This document shows, one piece after another, positions 20,145 to 27,474 of a DNA stretch of 64,000 nucleotides. The DNA comes from Eshraghiella crossota (GTDB taxonomy: Bacteria > Bacillota > Clostridia > Christensenellales > CAG-917): positions 18,670 to 82,669 of the forward strand of contig CAVANK010000004.1 of NCBI GenBank assembly GCA_963590075.1, read 5' to 3'. Positions within the stretch are counted from its first letter, which is position 1. Each line of letters opens with the position of its first letter. The translations under genes and the position numbers were made by a program. Below the pieces are notes generated by a model. The model did not search any database. It was not told where the DNA came from and was given only the letters and a program-made list of their open reading frames with translations.

Positions 20145-20279
20145 TATCCAAAATCAAAATAATTATATCAAATTTTATTGAAAAACGATGCTATATTTGC
20201 GTTTTTGAAAACGACGTGATTGAAGAAAGATTTGGTGTTTATAGTTGGTGTTTAGAGGCTTTTCGCACCAAATATCTCG

Positions 20280-20750
20280 TCAAATTCTGCCCGCAAGCGA
20301 GTCCGCGCTCACGTCGAGAACGTCGGCAAGATCGCTAAGACCTTTTGCGTCCGGCAAACTTTTGCCTTTGCGCCAAGAAGAGATCTTCGTGCGAGATACG
20401 CCCATCATTTTGACGAGGCGGTATTCCGTTATTCCTTTTTCGGACAATATCTCGTTGAGGTTGTCGCAAAACGGTTTGAGGGCGGTTTTTGAGGTGAAAC
20501 CGTAATCGTTGTCAATGGGTTCTCTGCCGATAAGGCAGTCCATGGAACAGCCAAACTCGTCGGCAAGCAATACGAGATTGCGGAAACCGGGGCAAGCGTC
20601 GCCTCGCTTCCACTTATATATTGCCGATACATTGACATCGCACTTTCTTGCAAGTTCTCTTGCACCGTACTTTTCCGTCTTCATAAAATAATCGAGAGCA
20701 AAGGCAAATTTCTCGTTGATTGGAAGGTGCGTCTTCTTGTATTTTGACAT
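20280..20750 (-). CDS. XRE-family transcriptional regulator with two helix-turn-helix domains
   Basis: 156 aa. Two HTH_3-like segments (ARELARKCDVNVSAIYKWKRG and RLVKMMGVSRTKISSWRKG). Confidence 0.8.
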   Translation of the reverse strand: MSKYKKTHLPINEKFAFALDYFMKTEKYGARELARKCDVNVSAIYKWKRGDACPGFRNLVLLADEFGCSMDCLIGREPIDNDYGFTSKTALKPFCDNLNEILSEKGITEYRLVKMMGVSRTKISSWRKGKSLPDAKGLSDLADVLDVSADSLAGRI

Positions 20751-20752
20751 TA

Positions 20753-20851
20753 TTCGACATTTTTCGACAAACTCCTACAAAATTCGACAAAAATAGTATG
20801 CACACAATCGGACAATAAATGTTGCGCAGTGTCCGATTATGTGCGTATAAT
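20753..20851. promoter_or_regulatory. divergent control region: three phased TTCGACA direct repeats, an 11-bp inverted repeat, and a -10 box
   Basis: TTCGACA at 20753, 20763 and 20783. AATCGGACA (20806-20814) / TGTCCGATT (20830-20838). TATAAT at 20846-20851. Confidence 0.55.
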
Positions 20852-20880
20852 ATGTATATCAATCAAAGGAGAAAACCGAT

Positions 20881-21039
20881 ATGGAAGAATTGTTGACAAG
20901 AATCGGCGAACTTATCGCAGTTGAGATTGAAGAAGTTGACAGCATCGAGTATGCGGACAAGGAAATGGGCTATATGTTCTACATCAATATGACCGACGGG
21001 AAAAAGGTTTTGCTCTCGCTTATTGACAGCGAATTGTGA
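20881..21039 (+). CDS. small acidic hypothetical protein (52 aa), below the ORF-track size cutoff
   Basis: AAAGGAG RBS 8 nt upstream. Sequence MEELLTRIGELIAVEIEEVDSIEYADKEMGYMFYINMTDGKKVLLSLIDSEL. A terminator follows directly. Confidence 0.5.
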   Translation: MEELLTRIGELIAVEIEEVDSIEYADKEMGYMFYINMTDGKKVLLSLIDSEL

Positions 21040-21067
21040 AAAAAGATGCGGACTATCGCATCTTTTT
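21040..21067 (+). terminator. rho-independent terminator after the 52-aa ORF
   Basis: AAAAAGATGCG-GACTAT-CGCATCTTTTT. Confidence 0.75.
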
Positions 21068-21143
21068 GGATTTTTAGATTGTTTTTATTTTCAAGCGTTG
21101 CGCTCGAAAATCACAATAACAACTAAATATTAGAAGTTACGAC

Positions 21144-21812
21144 TCACAACATTTGCACGATTTGATACAAGTTGTCGGCAACGAGGTCGCATTTTACACC
21201 GTCCGTGCTTTCGTGGCGGTGGTTGTACCATAGCGTTTTCATCCCGTACTCTCTTGCGCCGTTGATATCCGCGCTCACCGAGTCGCCTATCATAATCGTG
21301 TCGGACGGGTTTGCGTCGGGAAGAGAAGCAAAGCACGCGTCGAAAAATGCTTTTTGAGGCTTTGGAAAACCAATCGCTTCTGACACAAAGATGCCGTCTA
21401 TATATTTGAACAAGTCGGCGTTTTTGAGGCGATTTTGTTGTTGCGCGAGGGTGGCGTTGCTTGCCACATACACTTTGTATTTGGAGTGCAAGTATTGGAG
21501 CAATTCCTCCGCGCCGTCGATTTTTATTGCCGTTTCAAAGAGGTTTTTGTGGAATTCGTCCTCAAAGGCATGTCCGTCGCACTCTATGCCCAAAATCTCG
21601 AAAACCTTGTTGAAGCGCACTTGGAAAAGTTGCTCTTTGGTGATTTCTTTCCTTTCGAGTTTATGCCAAAGGTCGAGATTGACGGGGTGGAACACGTCGA
21701 TAAATCTTTGCGAATACGGCACGCCGAAACGATTGCACGCCGTCTCTATCGACTTGTTTGCGCAAGCGTCAAAGTCGAGCAAGGTATTGTCAATGTCGAT
21801 AAATATAGTCAT
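21144..21812 (-). CDS. HAD-superfamily hydrolase, YjjG-like nucleotidase type
   Basis: IDIDNTLLDF (DxDxT), SNATL, IGDSVSADI motifs. The start overlaps the upstream stop by 4 nt. Confidence 0.7.
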   Translation of the reverse strand: MTIFIDIDNTLLDFDACANKSIETACNRFGVPYSQRFIDVFHPVNLDLWHKLERKEITKEQLFQVRFNKVFEILGIECDGHAFEDEFHKNLFETAIKIDGAEELLQYLHSKYKVYVASNATLAQQQNRLKNADLFKYIDGIFVSEAIGFPKPQKAFFDACFASLPDANPSDTIMIGDSVSADINGAREYGMKTLWYNHRHESTDGVKCDLVADNLYQIVQML

Positions 21813-22729
21813 CTGTTTACCCTGTCAACGTAGTTGCACGCGTTGAACGCCGCAATCGAACCGTCGGAAGCCGCCGTCACGAGTTGGCGGATTTTCTTTG
21901 TGCGACAGTCACCCGCAACGAATATACCGTCGCAAGAAGTGGTGCAGTTCTCGTCCGCTACGATATAGCCCGCTTTGTCGATGTCAACGAGTCCGGCAAA
22001 GCACTCGTTGTGAGGCACTTGACCTATGCAGATAAAGGCGCATTTTGCGTCGACGATAACGTCCTCGTGCGTAACGGTGTTTTCAAAGCGTAGAGCGGAA
22101 AGTTCGTCCTCGCCGATAAATTCTTTGAGTGAAAGATTGTGCGTATACTTGACGTTGGGACGAGCAAGCACGAGGTCGAGAAGAGCCTTGTCTCCGAAGA
22201 ACTTGTCAAAGAGAGTGCAGATATGCACGCTCTTGCAATAACCGCTCAAGACGAGCGCGTATTGAAGCGCGGTGTTGGCGTCGCCGATGACGCAAACGTC
22301 TTCGCCCGAATAGAAAGCACCGTCGCAAAGCGCGCAATAACTTACGCCGTTGCCCACCAATTCTTCCTCTCTGTCAACGCCTATACGACGGGGTTTGACG
22401 CCCGTTGCGATGATGATTGATTTGCAGTGGTAAACGTTGTAATCGGTGGTTAATTCAAACCCATTTGGCACTTTAACTGTCGATATTGCTTTTTCAAGCT
22501 CGACTTGCGCTCCCCACTCGACGATTTGTTCGTAGAGTTTGTCCATAAGTTCCGCACCCGCGATTTTTTGGTAAGAGGGGAAGTTTTCCACTCTCGGAGA
22601 GTATGCGATTTGTCCTCCGAAACTGTCGCTTTCAAGCACGAGAACGGTTTTGCCCGCTCTCAAACAATTGAGTGCGGCGGTCATTCCCGCAGGGCCTGCG
22701 CCCACGATGATAATATCAAATTCTTGCAT
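21809..22729 (-). CDS. thioredoxin-reductase-like flavoprotein lacking the canonical NADPH-binding motifs
   Basis: FAD motif IIIVGAGPAGMTAA and redox CALC(DG). GDANTA stands where TrxR has GGGNSA, and LFDKFFG where it has HRRDxFR. Start at MQEFDII with GAGGTG RBS. Confidence 0.75.
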   Translation of the reverse strand: MQEFDIIIVGAGPAGMTAALNCLRAGKTVLVLESDSFGGQIAYSPRVENFPSYQKIAGAELMDKLYEQIVEWGAQVELEKAISTVKVPNGFELTTDYNVYHCKSIIIATGVKPRRIGVDREEELVGNGVSYCALCDGAFYSGEDVCVIGDANTALQYALVLSGYCKSVHICTLFDKFFGDKALLDLVLARPNVKYTHNLSLKEFIGEDELSALRFENTVTHEDVIVDAKCAFICIGQVPHNECFAGLVDIDKAGYIVADENCTTSCDGIFVAGDCRTKKIRQLVTAASDGSIAAFNACNYVDRVNR

Positions 22730-22792
22730 TTTTGCACCTCTGATAAATAAAAAGCGGTATGGCGCATTGCCATACCGCCGTTTGGTCATTTC

Positions 22793-25213
22793 TTATTTTC
22801 TTGACTCGATATAGCCTTTGATTTTGCTTGCATTGTCGTAAACGTCGTATCCGTTTCCGTTGGGAACGAGCAAGGTCGGAGCTTTCTTTACGCCGTATGC
22901 GAGAGTGGTGTCTTTGTTGTCTTCTGCGTCGATTACGGTGTATGCGATGCCCGCTTTGTCAAGCATTGCTTTTGCCATCTTGCAGTTGGGGCAAGTCTTG
23001 GTGGTGAAGATAAGCAAGCCTTCGTCTTCGCATTTTGCGCAGGCGCACTCTTGTTTGACTTCTTCCGTCTTTGCCTCTGCTTTATTCTCTTGCGCTACGT
23101 CGTCGCACTTGAACTCTTCGACGTGTTTGCCGTGATATTGAGAGGTTGCGATGTCGTAGACTTTGCGCTCTTTGAACTCTGCGCGTTTGCCGTCGTTCCA
23201 GTTTTGGACGGGGCGATAGTAACCCGTGATACGGCTGTAAACTTCCGTCTTCTTTCCGCAGACGGGGCAAGTGTATTGCTCGCCTTCGAGATAGCCGTGC
23301 TCTTGGCAAATGGAGTAGGTCGGAGAGAGCGTATAGTAGGGAAGTTTGTAGTTTTCCGCAATCTTTCTCACAAGGTTTGCCGCCGCTTGCCAACTGTCGA
23401 GTTTTTGACCGAGGAAAGCGTGGAATACCGTGCCCGACGTGTAGAGGGTTTGCAGTTCGTCTTGAATGTCGAGAGCGGTGAAGATGTCGCTCGTGTAGCC
23501 GACGGGAAGGTGTGAACTGTTGGTGTAGTACGGCACGTTGTCGGAGTTGCTTGCGCAGATGATATCGGGATATCTTTCTCTGTCGTGCTTTGCAAGACGG
23601 TAGGAAGTGGACTCTGCGGGAGTTGCTTCGAGGTTGTACAAATCGCCGTATTCCTCTTGATAGTCGCTGAGTTTTTCACGCATAAAGTTGAGAGTCTTTT
23701 TGGTGAACTCTTGCGCTTCTTTGTGCGTCATATCTTTGCCAACCCATTTTGCGTTGAGGCACGCTTCGTTCATACCCACGAGACCGATTGTGGAGAAGTG
23801 GTTGCCGAAAGTGCCGAGGTATCTCTTGGTGTAGGGGTAGAGACCTTCTTCGAGCAACTTGGTGATAACGTTTCTCTTGATTTTGAGTGAGCGTGCGGAC
23901 ACGTTCATCAAACGTTCGAGTTCTTTGAAGAAATCTTCTTCCGTCTCGGAGATGTAAGCGATTCTCGGCATATTGATGGTTACGACACCGATAGAACCCG
24001 TGGACTCACCGCTTCCGAAGAAACCGCCGGATTTCTTGCGAAGTTCGCGAAGGTCAAGACGCAAACGGCAGCACATACTGCGTACGTCGCTCGGTTCCAT
24101 ATCGCTGTTGATGTAGTTGGAGAAGTACGGAGTGCCGTATTTTGCCGTCATGGTGAAGAGCAAGCGGTTGTTTTCCGTATTCGACCAATCGAAGTCTCTT
24201 GTGATGGAATAGGTCGGAATAGGATATTGGAAGCCTCTGCCGTTGGCGTCGCCCTCGATCATAATCTCGATAAACGCCTTGTTGACCATTGCCATCTCTT
24301 TTTCGCAATCCTTGTACTTGAAGTCCATCTCTTTTCCGCCGACGAGTGCGGGGAGTTCCGCCAAATCGTTGGGAACAACCCAGTCAAGCGTGATGTTGGT
24401 GAACGGTGCTTGCGTACCCCAACGAGAGGGTGTGTTTACGCCGTAGATGAAGGATTGGATGCATTGCTTGACTTCTTTATAAGAAAGGTTGTCAACCTTT
24501 ACGAACGGCGCAAGATAGGTGTCGAAAGAGCTGAACGCTTGTGCGCCCGCCCATTCGTTTTGCATAATGCCGAGGAAGTTGACCATTTGGTTGCAAAGAG
24601 TGGAGAGGTGGCTTGCGGGGGAAGACGTAATCTTGCCGGGAATACCGCCGAGACCTTCTTTGATGAGTTGCTTGAGTGACCAGCCCGCGCAATAACCCGT
24701 GAGCATTGACAAATCGTGAATGTGGATTTGTGCTTCGCGGTGTGCCTTTGCGATTTCGTCGTCGTAGATCTCGCTGAGCCAATAGTTTGCGGTGACCGCG
24801 CCCGAGTTGGAAAGGATAAGTCCGCCGACGGAATAGGTGACGGTGGAGTTTTCCTTGACGCGCCAGTCGTTGATTTTGAGGTAGTTGTTGACGGTGTTCT
24901 TGTAGTCGAGCATCGTGGAGTTCATCTCACGAAGTTTCTCGTGTTGCTTCCTATAAAGGATATAAGCCTTTGCAACTTCTACGTAACCCGACTGAATGAG
25001 GACGACTTCTACGGAGTCTTGAATGTCCTCGACTGTAACGACGTCGTTTTTGACTTTGTCGTTGAATGTTGCCGTCACGCGCAATGCGAGCATATCGATA
25101 ATGTCGTCGCTATAATTTTTGCCGACGGCATTGAATGCTTTCTCGATCGCAACCTTAATTTTGTTTAGATTGAACGGAACTATATTTCCGTCTCTTTTTT
25201 TGATGTTCAACAT
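22793..25213 (-). CDS. nrdD: anaerobic ribonucleoside-triphosphate reductase (class III) fused to a C-terminal glutaredoxin/NrdH-like domain
   Basis: N-terminal ATP-cone. Zn ribbon CPVCGKKTEVYSRITGYYRP (glycyl-radical site). About 110 extra C-terminal residues include TKTCPNCKMAKAMLDKAGIAYTVID (CxxC thioredoxin fold). GGAGG RBS before MLNIKKRDG. Confidence 0.92.
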   Translation of the reverse strand: MLNIKKRDGNIVPFNLNKIKVAIEKAFNAVGKNYSDDIIDMLALRVTATFNDKVKNDVVTVEDIQDSVEVVLIQSGYVEVAKAYILYRKQHEKLREMNSTMLDYKNTVNNYLKINDWRVKENSTVTYSVGGLILSNSGAVTANYWLSEIYDDEIAKAHREAQIHIHDLSMLTGYCAGWSLKQLIKEGLGGIPGKITSSPASHLSTLCNQMVNFLGIMQNEWAGAQAFSSFDTYLAPFVKVDNLSYKEVKQCIQSFIYGVNTPSRWGTQAPFTNITLDWVVPNDLAELPALVGGKEMDFKYKDCEKEMAMVNKAFIEIMIEGDANGRGFQYPIPTYSITRDFDWSNTENNRLLFTMTAKYGTPYFSNYINSDMEPSDVRSMCCRLRLDLRELRKKSGGFFGSGESTGSIGVVTINMPRIAYISETEEDFFKELERLMNVSARSLKIKRNVITKLLEEGLYPYTKRYLGTFGNHFSTIGLVGMNEACLNAKWVGKDMTHKEAQEFTKKTLNFMREKLSDYQEEYGDLYNLEATPAESTSYRLAKHDRERYPDIICASNSDNVPYYTNSSHLPVGYTSDIFTALDIQDELQTLYTSGTVFHAFLGQKLDSWQAAANLVRKIAENYKLPYYTLSPTYSICQEHGYLEGEQYTCPVCGKKTEVYSRITGYYRPVQNWNDGKRAEFKERKVYDIATSQYHGKHVEEFKCDDVAQENKAEAKTEEVKQECACAKCEDEGLLIFTTKTCPNCKMAKAMLDKAGIAYTVIDAEDNKDTTLAYGVKKAPTLLVPNGNGYDVYDNASKIKGYIESRK

Positions 25214-25246
25214 AGCTTGAACCTCCAATGGGAAATGTGCCTCTTT

Positions 25247-25274
25247 ATTATATCAAGCACGCGCAATATGTCAA
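25247..25274 (-). promoter_or_regulatory. sigma-A-type promoter for nrdD
   Basis: Minus strand reads TTGACA (25274-25269), a 16-nt spacer, then TATAAT (25252-25247). Confidence 0.6.
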
Positions 25275-25313
25275 GGCAAAAACGCAAAATAAAGTGTGAA
25301 ACATTTTTGAGAA

Positions 25314-25329
25314 ACACTACATATTGTGT
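25314..25329. promoter_or_regulatory. NrdR-box-like palindrome upstream of nrdD
   Basis: ACACTACATATTGTGT (ACAC-N8-GTGT with an AT-rich core). Confidence 0.5.
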
Positions 25330-25458
25330 TTTTGTCAAAAAATGGCACTTTTTGCGAATTATACTTTTCGTGTATCGAAAACGCGTGTTTTTAAGTATGT
25401 AAACGGGTATGAGAAAAAGCAACCTATATTCTAATTGATTGTTTTAAAAAACCGTCGA

Positions 25459-25474
25459 ACACAAGATATTGTGG
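25459..25474. promoter_or_regulatory. second NrdR-box-like sequence
   Basis: ACACAAGATATTGTGG, 145 bp from the first box (atypical spacing). Confidence 0.35.
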
Positions 25475-25497
25475 TTTTAGAAAAAATAAAACTTATT

Positions 25498-25622
25498 AAC
25501 GGAATGTGCATATTCGTAGCGTGGAGGCGCAAGGCGAACGAGGCGGATTGCGGTGCGCAAACGCCGAAGTCCAAACACCGTGAGGAAGGGGGGGAATTGC
25601 ATTTAGGGTGTTACGACGGTAC
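25498..25622 (+). repeat. family-F intergenic repeat, copy F1
   Basis: ACGGAATGTGC..CGAACGAGGCGGATTGCGGTGCGCAAACGCCGAAGT..GGGGGGG..GTTACGACGG. Its reverse complement recurs at ~36200-36335. Its ends recur at 49350-49640. Confidence 0.8.
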
Positions 25623-25625
25623 TAT

Positions 25626-25666
25626 ATAAAAACACGGCTCAAATCTTGGTGGATTTGAGCCGTGTT
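25626..25666 (-). terminator. rho-independent terminator of the GtrA-like gene
   Basis: 15-bp stem AACACGGCTCAAATC / GATTTGAGCCGTGTT with a T-run on the minus strand. Confidence 0.85.
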
Positions 25667-25681
25667 GATATGTATTATAGT

Positions 25682-26515
25682 TTATTTTTCCTCTTCGATT
25701 GTTTTGGCTTTTTTCTCGCCCCAGTTGCGCATAACGAGGAACTTGTTGCCAAGGAAACTTATTATAAGCGCCGCGATACCGCCGACCGCTTGACCTGCAA
25801 GGTTGAAGAGCAATCCGAGGAATTCGCTGGGTTGGGGCATTGCCTTGTAGCAAGCGGATGTAATCGCGCCGCCGAGAAAGGTTTGCATAAATATGATCGC
25901 AACTGCCAAAATCACGTACATGATACCCGAAATAACTATGTTGTTGGTGCAGTTGAAGGTCTTTTTCCTGTTTAATACAAACGTCAGTACCTGACCTGTA
26001 ACAGAACCTACCAAGAAGCCGATAAATTCAGCCGTCGTATCGAATCCGAAGATTGCAAATTCGCCGACAGGAATGCCTTTGAACGGTGAGGCTAGGACGC
26101 CTCCTGCGTGTTTCATTTGAGTAAGTGCAAGCGTCAGAATCATTTGCGAGCCGCCGCAGATGAAACTGAACAGCGTAAACACAATCATTTGGCGCAAGTT
26201 TTCGTTGGCTTTGATTTTGTCAACGAGTATTTGCAAACCTTTGGGTAATTTGACTTTTTTCTTGGGTTTTGCATCGGATTGAGAATCGTCCGCTTCGTCT
26301 TGCGTTTGGTCGTCCGCATTTTCCGCATTTTCGTCGTTTTCTGCGCTTTCGTCGTTTTCCGCTTCCGTTGTTTCGTCTTCTTCGGATTGTGTGTCGGCGG
26401 TTTCAACGGTGGTTGCTTCCGCTTCAACAGTTTCCGCATCGACTGCTTCCGTATTTTCGACGGGCGCGACGTCTTCGACGTTTTCTGCGACGTTCTCGTT
26501 TTTGATTTCGTCCAT
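25682..26515 (-). CDS. GtrA-family membrane protein with long acidic low-complexity N-terminus
   Basis: About 90 N-terminal residues rich in E/D/T/A, then four TM segments. GtrA-like motifs FLVGSVTGQVLTFVLNRKKTF and SFLGNKFLVMRNW. Confidence 0.6.
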   Translation of the reverse strand: MDEIKNENVAENVEDVAPVENTEAVDAETVEAEATTVETADTQSEEDETTEAENDESAENDENAENADDQTQDEADDSQSDAKPKKKVKLPKGLQILVDKIKANENLRQMIVFTLFSFICGGSQMILTLALTQMKHAGGVLASPFKGIPVGEFAIFGFDTTAEFIGFLVGSVTGQVLTFVLNRKKTFNCTNNIVISGIMYVILAVAIIFMQTFLGGAITSACYKAMPQPSEFLGLLFNLAGQAVGGIAALIISFLGNKFLVMRNWGEKKAKTIEEEK

Positions 26516-26587
26516 AATTTCTTCCTTATCCTATTAGGATTTTTATTTTATAACAAAACGTATTATATAATAAATATGTAGCGTTTG

Positions 26588-27400
26588 TCAACGAGAGGAT
26601 TTTTTGAGTACGCTCACGTGGAAATCGGCGGTGAGAGTCATTTTTTCAAGGCTTTGCAAATTCGCGATATTTTCCTTGGGCGCGCGATAGACGTAGGGCG
26701 TCATCGTAAGCAAATCGGATATGCCTTTTTTATTGAGGTCAAAGGTGAAAGTAATCTCTTTTTCCTCCACGCTTTCAAAATCGCTTTCGGGCAGTACGGT
26801 CGCAACCTCGTGCACGTCCTTATATAGTGCACGCCGTAACTCTATAAGGTGATTTTCGCAAGGGTACGCCACTATCAATACGCCGTCGTCTTTGAGCACT
26901 CTTGCGTATTCCTTGACGGCGTAGGGGGAGAACACGCACACAAGCACGTCCGCGCACTTACTCGGCAGGGGCAAATCGTATACGCTTGCCACGGCGCACT
27001 TTGCGCGCGTGTTGCGCTTTGCGGCGATTTTCACGGCGTGCTTAGATATGTCCACGCCAAAGTATACGTCATCGCCGTTATTGCGATTTTTGATGATTTG
27101 CGATATATAAAATCCCGTGCCAGTGCCCGCGTCTACGAGAGTTATAGGCTTTGGGATATCGCAGACGATTTGAGATATGCAATCGGCAAGCGGCATATAA
27201 TATCCGCCGTCCAAAAAGTCGCGACGTGCGCATATCATTTCCTTGTTGTCGCCGGGATCTTTGGAGTTGCGTTTGTCGGGTGTGAGAAGATAATAATAGC
27301 CCTCTTTTGCCTTGTCGAAAACGTGTCCGTTTCGGCATACGGAACACGACTCTTTCTCGTCCAAAGGACTTTGGCATACGGGGCATAAAAACTTTGTCAT
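26588..27400 (-). CDS. rlmA: 23S rRNA (guanine-N1)-methyltransferase, RlmA family
   Basis: N-terminal zinc ribbon CPVCQSPL..CSVCRNGHVFDKAKEGYYYLL. SAM motif LVDAGTGTGFY. Confidence 0.7.
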   Translation of the reverse strand: MTKFLCPVCQSPLDEKESCSVCRNGHVFDKAKEGYYYLLTPDKRNSKDPGDNKEMICARRDFLDGGYYMPLADCISQIVCDIPKPITLVDAGTGTGFYISQIIKNRNNGDDVYFGVDISKHAVKIAAKRNTRAKCAVASVYDLPLPSKCADVLVCVFSPYAVKEYARVLKDDGVLIVAYPCENHLIELRRALYKDVHEVATVLPESDFESVEEKEITFTFDLNKKGISDLLTMTPYVYRAPKENIANLQSLEKMTLTADFHVSVLKKSSR

Positions 27401-27474
27401 AATCCTATTATATCAAAAATATTTGCTCGTGCAAGTCTATTGCGAAGAGTGGTGGCGTGTGCTATAATAAAATC

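Noticed and set aside
26185-26581. Arg/Lys-rich ORFs overlapping the 5' part of the GtrA-like gene
   Set aside because: They are alternative frames of the acidic low-complexity coding repeat (GAA/GAC-rich). The GtrA-like frame is continuous with the TM domain.
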